This document shows, in pieces, positions 48,588-57,963 of a stretch of DNA of 64,000 bases. The notes under the pieces are model-generated. The model saw only the letters and a program-made list of their open reading frames with translations. It was not told where the DNA came from and did not search any database. The first letter of the stretch is position 1. Each line of letters begins with the position of its first letter. The position numbers were made by a program, and so were the translations under genes. Origin of the DNA: a virus; IMG/VR virus record IMGVR_UViG_3300044691_000371, positions 1-64,000 of that record; one strand, written 5' to 3'.

Positions 48588-49654
48588 CTTTATTTTAAAA
48601 TATTATGATTTTTTATTTCCAGATGGAATAATGTTTCGTTTTCACTGAAATTTTGAAGTTTTTTATTTTCACCTGAAAATAGAAAATGATAGGTATTACT
48701 GAATTTAAAGGGGTCTTCCCAATCAAGTTTTAACTTGCTATCAATATATTCGTTGCTCAAAATCCTAACTCCTTTTCATCGATAAATTCAGTGATGATAT
48801 ATCCTTTGTCTGAATCGTTAGCTATAATTAAGTTATTAGAATAGCCTTTTTTTTCGATATTTATTAAGTCTTGCTCCTGAATATCTTCAACGTTTAATTT
48901 AGGTTCTTCCATAATTAATTAAATATAAAAACTTCTTTATTCTGCTGCTTAAACTCTCTTTCGCGTATTCCTGATGCTAATTTTAAATAAACCTGCTTAT
49001 TATCTATTGTCGATGTAAAATATATTTCCTAGGCAATATCTTCAATCTCAAAACATTTTTCAATTGGCTTAGTAGGTTTGTGTTTAATCCTTTTGCCGTC
49101 TTGATATTGGATTAGTCTATTTCTGTGATCTTTCATAGCTTATTTGTGTGCTTCAATAAATTGGTCAAGTTTAAACTTTTTAGGATTCCAAAGTACGTTT
49201 TTATAAATGTACATGCAATCATTTAATGCAGTTGTCATGCAATATGATAAGTCTAAAACCGGCTTTTGTCTCTTTACGCTTTCTTCCCAATTTAGACATG
49301 CTACAAGTTTTTCACCTTTGTATTCTACCCAATTCATTGAAGGGCAATCATCTGGTAACCAATGTGGCGGTTTCCAATTTTCAAAGTTAAGATCAAAATT
49401 TTCTATCTCTTTATTTGTCATCTTGAGGGTGTTTATTTAAACCTGCTGCTTCCATTGCTCTATAAAGTTCAATTATTGCTTTTCTAACACGTTCATGTTT
49501 ATTTGTATTTCCTCCGCTCATAGCAAATCTACAGGCAAGTTTTTTAAACTTTGGTTGACTTTCCATAAGGATAATATACGGATCGCTATTACCGCCCCAT
49601 TCCATCCAAAAATGACAATCAGTTATATCGCAATCATCTGTTAGTAATGCCATT

Positions 49655-50251
49655 TTATTTCCAAGTTAAGTTTAAATATGAATATGCTTTAATTAATTCC
49701 TTATCGGTTAAAAACTCTTTTATCTTCTCAAAGCGATTTAAAGCGATTTGATACACTTTCATTTTTGACCGTGTATTTGCATCTGAATCATATTTATCAT
49801 GGCACTGGCAGCCTCCTAAGAATCCTGCACCCATAAATAAGATATTATCTTCATTCATTGCTATCGATTTGAAATTGCATTTTTCAAGAATATGGGCGCA
49901 GCAGCTTCTCTTCGCAAACTTATTAAATGCTTGTAATGGTTGTCCGCAGTTTTCGCAATTATAAGGCATTCTTAAAGCTATTCGGCTATAAAATTCATCC
50001 AGTTTTTGCTTATCAGTCTTTTCTTTTTCGGTTAAAACTTTAGGCTTACTTGTGATAGTTGAACGTCCCTTATTTACCTGTTTTAAAGCTTCACGTTCAA
50101 TCCAAACAAATTCGTCACCTTTAGTTACATCTCTTGTTTTTTGATAGCATACAAACACACAATCGCCGTTCTGATCGAGTTCTACCCAGACAGGTATTCC
50201 ATTTGCTGAAAGCTCTGTTCCACGTTTATATTTGGTTACTTGTGTTATCAC
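49655..50251 (-). CDS. Zn-binding HNH-like nuclease (NinG/recombination-type)
   Basis: CENCG...CAHIL.K......NEDNI....C.CH..YD. Confidence 0.6.
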   Translation of the reverse strand: MITQVTKYKRGTELSANGIPVWVELDQNGDCVFVCYQKTRDVTKGDEFVWIEREALKQVNKGRSTITSKPKVLTEKEKTDKQKLDEFYSRIALRMPYNCENCGQPLQAFNKFAKRSCCAHILEKCNFKSIAMNEDNILFMGAGFLGGCQCHDKYDSDANTRSKMKVYQIALNRFEKIKEFLTDKELIKAYSYLNLTWK

Positions 50252-50893
50252 CTTGTTAACTTTTTTATAAAATCCTTAATTAAATCGCCGTTAATGAATG
50301 ATTTGCTACCTCCTGCATAATCTTCATCAAAAATCTCATTTGCGTGAAGTTTATCTTTATAATTTTTTATATCTTTTTCAAGCATCAATAAAGCATCTTC
50401 ATATCTTACTCTTTGGTTTTTCATACCTTGTAAACTATTCCTTTCTGGTCAAGTATCCAGCTTTCTATTTCCGCTTGCTTTGTGGCTGGATTGTACCCAA
50501 AAAATGTAGTTTCAGGCACATAAAAAGTTCCTTGATCTTTAATGTGTAAAACCCTTGAATTACCGTACTTTACAGGCTTTTCAAGTAATGTTATCTTAGC
50601 TTTATTGCTCATCAATATCTCCCTTTATAATTAACTGAATCGCCGTATTTAGCTACTAAAATCCCTCTGTTAGCATTCTGGTCGATGCAAACCGGCGTTC
50701 CAAACTTTGCCCAGGCTTCCCAATATTTTGCTTTCTTTTTTGGGTGAAGTTGCTTAAAGGCTATCTTCTCTGTCTGATTGTATGTTTTCATCGTTCATCC
50801 AGTTTGGCTCGCTGTTATCAAAATATGATTTATTAAAACCTTTGCGAATCTGATTCACAAAAAGTATAAGTAAAATGAGTAAGGCTAAATTTA

Positions 50894-51784
50894 TCATGGT
50901 TTTTTATGTTTTTCGTTAATTATCATTGGGGTTGTGTTTACCCATTTTATTGAATGATGTATTCGAGGATGATTGCTGTTCATCATTGATACCTTTACCC
51001 CGGACGGATGCATCATAACAGTTGTAAACGCTTTACAGTATGTTCCAAATCTTAAATACATATCCGTAATGCCTGATTTGTTTGATTGTGTTGCGGTTTG
51101 ATTTAAGGCAACAAAGCAGATATTTAAAAACATATCGCCCCGGCTACCTAATGTTATATAAGTGTTCACATCTTCGTTCATTGCACCGATAAAATTAAAC
51201 GGCCTTTCAGTTGAGCAAAAAAATGAGTTCATACACTTTCTTTTCGGAAATCTGTATAGTTGTTTCCCGTTATCAAATCCGCCTATGAAGTCTCCGTTTT
51301 GAGCAAATGCAATAGATAAAAAGTTGTTTTGTTTGTAATAATCTAACAGTAACTTAAACATTTTATCTAAGTTTTTTATGATAAAAAGGCTATTATTTGT
51401 TTCGACTAATTTATATCTAAAGTCGGTATAGTCGTCGTCTAATTGAACAAAATAAGTAATTCCTAATTCTTTAGCTATTTCAAAACATGCATTTCGTGCG
51501 TGTGTTATAGTTCGGAGTTCATCGAAATTATTTCCTTCGTCAACTTTATCAGCATGATATTTTTTATCGAAAATCTTTACATTTTCAATCCCAAAACTTT
51601 TTATGTATTCATCGACTTTTTTATCTTCATTGTCAACTATGAAAAATATTCTGCCTGTATAACCGCATTTTTTTAAAGTAGGTAAGGTCTTAATATTATG
51701 TGGCCTCCCGTGTGTTAAAATGAAAACTGCAAAGTCGTTATTCTGCTCCATATTCTTCCATGTATTGCGACTTAATATCATCAC
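50894..51784 (-). CDS. GT-A glycosyltransferase of the GREB1-C/TAGT-like phage type, possibly DNA-modifying
   Basis: FILTHGRP, ARN, FVQLDDDY, MNSFFC, NEDV, GITDMY, RIHH..W. Confidence 0.65.
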   Translation of the reverse strand: MMILSRNTWKNMEQNNDFAVFILTHGRPHNIKTLPTLKKCGYTGRIFFIVDNEDKKVDEYIKSFGIENVKIFDKKYHADKVDEGNNFDELRTITHARNACFEIAKELGITYFVQLDDDYTDFRYKLVETNNSLFIIKNLDKMFKLLLDYYKQNNFLSIAFAQNGDFIGGFDNGKQLYRFPKRKCMNSFFCSTERPFNFIGAMNEDVNTYITLGSRGDMFLNICFVALNQTATQSNKSGITDMYLRFGTYCKAFTTVMMHPSGVKVSMMNSNHPRIHHSIKWVNTTPMIINEKHKKP

Positions 51785-52199
51785 ACAATCTTATATATCC
51801 GTATTCGATTGCCTTATTAAAATCAATTATTACAAGTGCTGAACGTTCCATTAAGTGTTGCATTTCTTTACTTGAATGAGCGTAATAATCAGCAATCTTT
51901 TCGTAGTGAAAAACGTTATGCCTTTTTGCCGCTTCTATCAAAAATGTTTTTTCATCTTCGCTAACATTTGAAGTCTGAATTTCCCTGATTATACGCTTTG
52001 TTTTGCTATCTTCTAAAAGTTCTAAAAGATGTGGCTTTACGTTTTTAGGTTCGTAAATCGGTGCTTCAATCTTTGATGAATACTTTTTATCTTCTTCTTT
52101 TTCAAGATGATCGTTACCGAATAAATTAACTTGCTTCATATTTTTATTTAACATATATCGTACTGAACGGCCACGATTCTGTTTTGCCATCTCTTTCAA
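51738..52199 (-). CDS. Partner protein overlapping the glycosyltransferase gene
   Basis: KYSSKIEAPIYEP, AA.RH..F.Y..IADYYAH, ALVIIDF.KAI; likely start MKQVNLF. Confidence 0.6.
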   Translation of the reverse strand: MKEMAKQNRGRSVRYMLNKNMKQVNLFGNDHLEKEEDKKYSSKIEAPIYEPKNVKPHLLELLEDSKTKRIIREIQTSNVSEDEKTFLIEAAKRHNVFHYEKIADYYAHSSKEMQHLMERSALVIIDFNKAIEYGYIRLCDDIKSQYMEEYGAE

Positions 52200-52437
52200 C
52201 TATCACAGAACTTGCTGAATATTTCCCTATGCCAGTTATATCCATTTTAACCTCACCTATTGTCCATGATTTTAAAGTTGCTTCGATCAAAGGTGTGCGG
52301 TAATTTCTTTCGCAATAAACTTGCATCCCATCAAATAGTTCACCGCCATTATGATGAAATATAGCTAATGATTTGAGGTTTTTTCTATCTGGAAAGGTTA
52401 CTTCTTGGTATTCCATTTTCTTTAATTTTTAGTTCTG

Positions 52438-52469
52438 TAAATGTATAGTTTAGTTTTTGTATTTACAAA
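52438..52469 (-). promoter_or_regulatory. Sigma70-type promoter with near-perfect operator copy
   Basis: TTTGTA-AA-TACAAA; TTTG-20 nt-TACATTTA. Confidence 0.65.
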
Positions 52470-52840
52470 CTATTTAATATAATTATTTATGCAACTTGTA
52501 GGTTTTTTTCTTTTTTAAGTTTGTTGATTAGTCCTAAAACTCTTTTTTGATCTGTTTCGTCAAGTTGCAAAACGGCATGTATTATTTCTTCGAGCTTATC
52601 AACTTCGTCGTCTGGCGTTTTTAAATCAACTCCTATTCGTTTCAAATCTACTGCTATGAAATTAATATATTTTGTGACAATGTTACAAGCTTCTGTAGTT
52701 TTTGTCTGTTTGCTTTTTTCTCCTTTTATTCCTAACTCAAATAATTCACTTAACCCAAATGCGTACTCTGAAAATATCTTTCCTGATATATAGGCTCCAG
52801 CACAGTAATGAAACCTTTCCATAAGTTTTTCGTAGTCCAT

Positions 52841-53674
52841 TTATTTCTTTTTGAATAAGTCTAACTGCTTTATAATTCCAGGTTTATCAGGATATAATTG
52901 TTTTTCAGGTTTGATATTTAAGCCACACATTTCTTGGCATGTTGAACATTTTCCAAAATATGTTTTAGGATTAAATTTACTCATTAAAGTGTTTTTACCT
53001 AAAAACTTTGACTTTTTTACGTTAATTATTCCGTTTGTAACAAGTTCATTATGTGGATTAACTCTTAAAACCGTGTCTAACGTAGCTTCGTTTTTAAACA
53101 GTTCTGATTGAACTTTAGCTAACTTATGGCCTATTTCATTATCCATATTAAAATCAGCTGATACAACCCTTAAAACTGACTTACAATAGCTTTTAATCCT
53201 ATTATATTGCTCAATGCTATTTTTCAATAATTCCGGCTTATCAAGTGCTGAAACACTTGTGTTGATACAAACGTTTATTGTACTTAAAAACTGTAAATGT
53301 TCATCAGTTAAGTTGGTCCAGTGCTTTGTTATTATTACAATTTCCTTGTTTGCGTGACAAATTATTTTACAAATATTAATCGTATGCTCCCAGTTTTCTG
53401 ATGGGTCGCCACTACATCCTATCCTAACAAAATCAAGTTTTATTTTACTTATTTGCTGTATAACCTGTCTTTCGTGCCTTTTATTGTCGAAATATCTTAA
53501 TACTGTTTTGCTGAAATCGTACCCGTATAATTTAGCTGATTTTGCTGCGTAACAGTCATTATAACAGCCACCTTTTTCATTTGACATTCCACTTTCACAA
53601 CCAATTGTAGTGTCTAAGCAGTAAACGCCACGGTCATTTTTAGATAAGGCTATTCGACTTGAATAAAGTTTCAT
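52841..53674 (-). CDS. Radical-SAM-like / Fe-S protein
   Basis: GC-x9-GCYNDCYA, RIG.SGDP, IITKHW, C-terminal C..C.EMCG. Confidence 0.6.
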   Translation of the reverse strand: MKLYSSRIALSKNDRGVYCLDTTIGCESGMSNEKGGCYNDCYAAKSAKLYGYDFSKTVLRYFDNKRHERQVIQQISKIKLDFVRIGCSGDPSENWEHTINICKIICHANKEIVIITKHWTNLTDEHLQFLSTINVCINTSVSALDKPELLKNSIEQYNRIKSYCKSVLRVVSADFNMDNEIGHKLAKVQSELFKNEATLDTVLRVNPHNELVTNGIINVKKSKFLGKNTLMSKFNPKTYFGKCSTCQEMCGLNIKPEKQLYPDKPGIIKQLDLFKKK

Positions 53675-55113
53675 AACCTGCCTATTGATGGGTACGACTC
53701 TTTAATTTTAGTCATATCACCTTTATAGGCAACGATTATTTTTTGTTCCTGCTTTGGAAATTTGCGATAATGAAGTGTTTTTTTAGCGTGTGATAATCTG
53801 GTAAATGCCCCCTCAACGTAAACAATTTTATTGTAAACAAATAGCCCGTTGTTTTTAAAAAACAATTCGTGTTCTGATTCGCAACAATAATAAGCCCCAT
53901 CTTTATCGCGGCTATCTCCTGTCATTATAACAAAAAAACAATTATCGTTTAATACCTCAATTGCTTTTTTATAACCGGCAAATAAAGTATCTCTAAACTC
54001 TTCGTAAGTAGGGATTGAATTTAATTCCCCTATGGGCGGTTTGCCGTCATAGTCTAAATATTCCTCAACTTTATAGTAAGGGGGGCATGAAAAAACAAGA
54101 TCGTATTTTTTGTCTGGTTTAAAGGTTGAGCTATCCGATTTAAACCATTTTACATTTTCAAAATCCTGGCATAACGCATTGTTAGCATCGCATTGGTTTT
54201 GCCTTATTTCTGATGAAAGATATTCATATCCGTTTGCTCCGGTAACGAAACCCATTTGAACACCACCGCCAAATGGATTATAAACACTTGTGCCGTTAGT
54301 TGGCATAAAGAAGCGTAATATAACCTCACAGGCAACTGGGTCAAGTACGGAGGCGTTGCCGTTAAACGATTTGCCTTTGTTGTGCTGTACGTTGCCATCT
54401 TCATCAATTGTATGATTGGCTAAAACAACGTTTGACATACCATTTTTACCCTGCCAACATCCATCCCGTGAAGCAAACTTTGGATTTTCAATATTATATT
54501 TTGCCCCGGCTGCTTCTATTTTTTCGTTCCATTCTTTTTTCATTTTCAACCAATCGCCTTTAGTCGAGTTCCATACATTTGTCATTGTTGCATGGGCTAA
54601 CCTTTTCATTCTTACTTGTTCTAATTGGCCGTAAACCATGTAAGAATAACCGCTTAAATTGAGATACTCTTTAAACCCGATGGCAGCAAATACTTTTGGA
54701 TTTTCGAGGTCATGTTTTTGACTTACGGTCATAATCATAGGATAGCCAAAGGTATTTTGCTTTATGATTTCGCCGACCATATCGCTATAAATCGCTTTGT
54801 ATTTTTTGTTTAAATCCATAGCCGATTGAAGCAAGCAAAACTCTTTTGCTTCGTGGTTGATCTGATATGTGAAAAACCCTGAAAAAGCATCATTCAACTT
54901 AAAAATAATAGCTGAATGTATCTGCATGTTTTTACGAGCAGCCCGGTAAGCAACCCCGTCCTCAACTGCTAATTTAGCAACCTGTTCTTCATACCCTGAA
55001 CCTATGACAGATTCTACATTTATAAATTCAATTTTATCGGCGAACATTATCGTTTGCTTTTTATTTATAGGCTCAATAATTATTTCGTCTTCGAAAATTA
55101 GTTGTTGTTTCAT
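53671..55113 (-). CDS. DNA amino-methyltransferase-like protein with extra N-terminal domain
   Basis: SVLDP...E, YNPFGGG (motif I), FSCPPYY (motif IV); N-terminal ~170 aa possibly GNAT-like. Confidence 0.75.
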   Translation of the reverse strand: MKQQLIFEDEIIIEPINKKQTIMFADKIEFINVESVIGSGYEEQVAKLAVEDGVAYRAARKNMQIHSAIIFKLNDAFSGFFTYQINHEAKEFCLLQSAMDLNKKYKAIYSDMVGEIIKQNTFGYPMIMTVSQKHDLENPKVFAAIGFKEYLNLSGYSYMVYGQLEQVRMKRLAHATMTNVWNSTKGDWLKMKKEWNEKIEAAGAKYNIENPKFASRDGCWQGKNGMSNVVLANHTIDEDGNVQHNKGKSFNGNASVLDPVACEVILRFFMPTNGTSVYNPFGGGVQMGFVTGANGYEYLSSEIRQNQCDANNALCQDFENVKWFKSDSSTFKPDKKYDLVFSCPPYYKVEEYLDYDGKPPIGELNSIPTYEEFRDTLFAGYKKAIEVLNDNCFFVIMTGDSRDKDGAYYCCESEHELFFKNNGLFVYNKIVYVEGAFTRLSHAKKTLHYRKFPKQEQKIIVAYKGDMTKIKESYPSIGRL

Positions 55114-55156
55114 TTATTATGATTTGTTTTTTATTTTATGTTTGGTAAAATGTGTC

Positions 55157-55810
55157 TTAACTTTTGAGCAGTTTATTTTGTTCATGAAGTCCCTCTAATC
55201 CCAAAACATTTATCTTGTGTTGGATAGCGTTTTCGATTTCGCTTTTTGCTTCGTTAACTACTATATCCATTGTTTCTTGAAAACATTTAGCGAAAAAAGG
55301 AATGTTACTTGCTACTTCCTGGGTTAACCATTCAACTGTGAAATTAAGTTCTTGTTGATCGGCTTTTGAAAGTGTTTTTTTAGCTGATAAATCTTTTACA
55401 CGCGCTTGCTTTACTTTTAAAGTTTTAGCAAATTCACGCATTCTGTCATCAAATTTACGGTGTATAAATTCCTTTCTGCTTTCTTGCTCTGGCAAATGTT
55501 CAACCATTTTTCTATCAAAAGCCTCAATAGTGCATGGAATGCCATCGCCCCTATTCATTGAGGTTATCATTTCAGCGAATTGATTCGAACTCATTCTTAT
55601 TTGAATAATCGGAGTATGATTTGAAGCAAAATACCTATCACAAGATAAATCTCTCTGTATTTCAGATTGATAAACTTTCATTTGGATATAATTATCCTGT
55701 TTCAGTTCACTGCCGTAAAAGTTTGTTCCTGTAGAATTTATACGGCTAAATCCAATTTGCCCAAAAGATGGGTGTTTATGCCTTTCATCTTCGTTCTGAT
55801 CTAAACTCAT
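55157..55810 (-). CDS. Hypothetical phage protein
   Basis: HPSFGQI.FSR, MS..QFA..I.S.N.G.G.PCT; helical C-terminus. Confidence 0.6.
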   Translation of the reverse strand: MSLDQNEDERHKHPSFGQIGFSRINSTGTNFYGSELKQDNYIQMKVYQSEIQRDLSCDRYFASNHTPIIQIRMSSNQFAEMITSMNRGDGIPCTIEAFDRKMVEHLPEQESRKEFIHRKFDDRMREFAKTLKVKQARVKDLSAKKTLSKADQQELNFTVEWLTQEVASNIPFFAKCFQETMDIVVNEAKSEIENAIQHKINVLGLEGLHEQNKLLKS

Positions 55811-56080
55811 TTTGTGTGTATTTAAAGGTAATTTACTTTTTTTATTTTACAAGTTAACTAACAAAAACTTGATTAGTAGCTTCTTTTGTTTTTCGTCAAG
55901 AAATATTTCATCGGTCAAGTCATCGACTTTAACCTTGATATGCAATCCATCGTAAATAGAGTTCTTAATGGTTATTGTGCTATTTTCTTCGCACACTATA
56001 TTAAATTCGTCGTGTATGTTCATGATTTTGCTTTTTGTATTTGATATAACGCTTGCTGAATTTAAATAGCTTATTTTTTT

Positions 56081-56146
56081 GTGGACGTAACCGGTAACGA
56101 TCCGGCGATCTCCATCTGGACTGGGATCAGCAGCCTCTTTACGCCC
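56081..56146 (-). ncRNA. tRNA-like RNA lacking a D stem, with G3-U70 and A73
   Basis: GGGCGUA/UACGUCC-A acceptor stem; T arm GCCGG-AUCGUUA-CCGGU; central hairpin GAUCCCA-GUCCAGA-UGG(A)GAUC. Confidence 0.6.
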
Positions 56147-56149
56147 TTT

Positions 56150-56331
56150 AAAATAAGCATCCGTTCTGATCGCCGTCCCGGATGCTCAACCTAAACCTAT
56201 CACAATGACCGAATAGAACTTCGATCTACTGCTAAAAGCCAAATCCTTTTGAGAGTTTGGCTTGCGTAGACGGGTTTACGCATTTTTTCCGGTATTAGCA
56301 GACCGTGAACTATCTCACGGAACACGGTGGG
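56150..56331 (-). ncRNA. GC-rich structured 3' UTR / ncRNA
   Basis: Hairpin CCGUGA/UCACGG; three-way junction CUGCUAA/UUAGCAG enclosing UGCGUA/UACGCA and AGCCAAA/UUUGGCU; final hairpin AGCAUCCG/CGGAUGCU. Confidence 0.55.
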
Positions 56332-56550
56332 TTAATTTACTACCGTAGCATCTTCAAAATGAAGTATGCCAGCAATCCAAATTTTAGCGGGTGTTTTAAG
56401 AATGTCGGAATTATCAGCAAAAATAACTTTATAGCCTTTTTCGTAGCCTAATTCATCGGTTTTAATTACCTGTATGTTTTGACCTATATAAAGGTTAGAC
56501 CAGGCATGAACATTTTTGCTTCTTTTGATTGTTACTGTTAGAGTGTTCAT
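56332..56550 (-). CDS. Small hypothetical protein, first gene after the 56591-56621 promoter
   Basis: A-rich leader and AAAATG start. Confidence 0.65.
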   Translation of the reverse strand: MNTLTVTIKRSKNVHAWSNLYIGQNIQVIKTDELGYEKGYKVIFADNSDILKTPAKIWIAGILHFEDATVVN

Positions 56551-56590
56551 TTTGAGATAGTTTAAAATTACTTTGTCGATATTGACAGAA

Positions 56591-56621
56591 CAAATATAAC
56601 TATTGTTTTTGTATTTGCAAA
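56591..56621 (-). promoter_or_regulatory. Sigma70-type promoter
   Basis: TTTG-19 nt-TATATTTG. Confidence 0.8.
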
Positions 56622-56655
56622 CTTTATTTTACTTTTTTGAAATTATTTTTTAAAA

Positions 56656-56688
56656 TAAAAATGCCTTACATTTCTATAAGGCATTTTC
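56656..56688 (-). terminator. Intrinsic terminator
   Basis: AAAATGCCTTATA-GAAA-TGTAAGGCATTTTT. Confidence 0.75.
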
Positions 56689-57963
56689 GAGGTGAGTAAT
56701 CGTTCCGTGCTTCGTCTTTTTTGCGTCTATCGTAGAGGGTTGTTTTTATCAAGCTGCAATAAGCTTTTTATAGCTATTTTTTAAAGTTTCTAAATGACCT
56801 ATGCGGGTATCTATCTTTTTACAGGCGTAGTTAACAAGTTCTTTAAATACATAATCCCTATTTACATGCTTATTACAAAGTGCAAAAAATACTTTTCCAT
56901 CATCGTAAATAACTAATTTTTTTCTGTAAGGTGTATTTAAATAGTAGGACTTATTAAGGGTGATAATTTCATTCGAAAGTTCGATTTTGATTTGGTTTTT
57001 ATCCTCAAAAGGAAATCTGTTCCCAATCTCGTACGAAATTTCAGGTAAACCGGTTTTGCCCGTTTTTAAACTGTATGAAATGTTTTTCCCGATCACAATT
57101 AATTAAATTCATTGTACAAATATACTAAGTATTTTTAAAATCAAAAACTATACCAATTTTATTAGATTAATTGAGCGTGGATAATAATAGCTGGCAAAAT
57201 AGGTGTAACGTCAATAATTACTTTCATAACCGTAGCCTTTAAACCTTTGTGGTAAATCGTGGTGTTTAATTCAGGTGTGAAGCTCAACTTAGTGTTTATT
57301 GGATTAGCCTGGTTGGTTATTTGACCTTCTTTGTTTTGGATGAATATGATTGTTGGATGCATTATTAAAAAGGATTTATTCTTTTAAAATATTTGTAATC
57401 ATTGGTTATTTCGAAATCATAATGATTCTGATTGATATATTCTTTACAAATGTCTGTAAATAATTGAGGGTCACGTTTTCCAGTTAATTCAATTTCAATC
57501 GCGTTACCAGGTTTCATTCGTGCGAAACATTCAAACCAATAATCTAATTGTTCCTGAAAGTTTTTAAAAGTTGTTTGCATCTGATATATTTTTAAGTTGT
57601 TTTTTAAAATCTGAATTTTCAACTCTTAATAATTGTATTATAGTGACTAATTCCCTATTGAATAGCTTTAAGGATTGGTTATAATACATTATTTGGTTTA
57701 ATTGGGTATTTATACCTAAAAGTGTGATAAGTCGTTGCTTAGAGGCTGTAACTCTTGCAGATGGCTTGCTTTTTTCAAATTTTATTATCTGTTCTAACAT
57801 TTCTAACAAATAATGATTTTGTTCATTTAAAAGCTTTGTCGGTTTTAATGTATCTTGAATTTCGCTTTCAAGTAATCCTAATTCAAGGTTTTTAATATCA
57901 AAACCGTCTTCTAATTTTTCAATTTTTTCCTGTAATTCTTTAAAATACTCTTTTGCCATAACT

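Noticed and set aside
54204-54407. Nested same-strand ORF in the methyltransferase gene
   Set aside because: Short and motif-free, unlike the nested HNH in the intein.
56081-56146. Functional tRNA-Trp(CCA)
   Set aside because: The loop has U-CCA-G, but there is no D stem, the anticodon stem is irregular and the acceptor has Ala identity. Kept only as tRNA-like.
56270-56302. Twister ribozyme (CUGCUAAUACCGG resembles part of one)
   Set aside because: The remaining conserved twister segments and pseudoknot partners are not recognisable.
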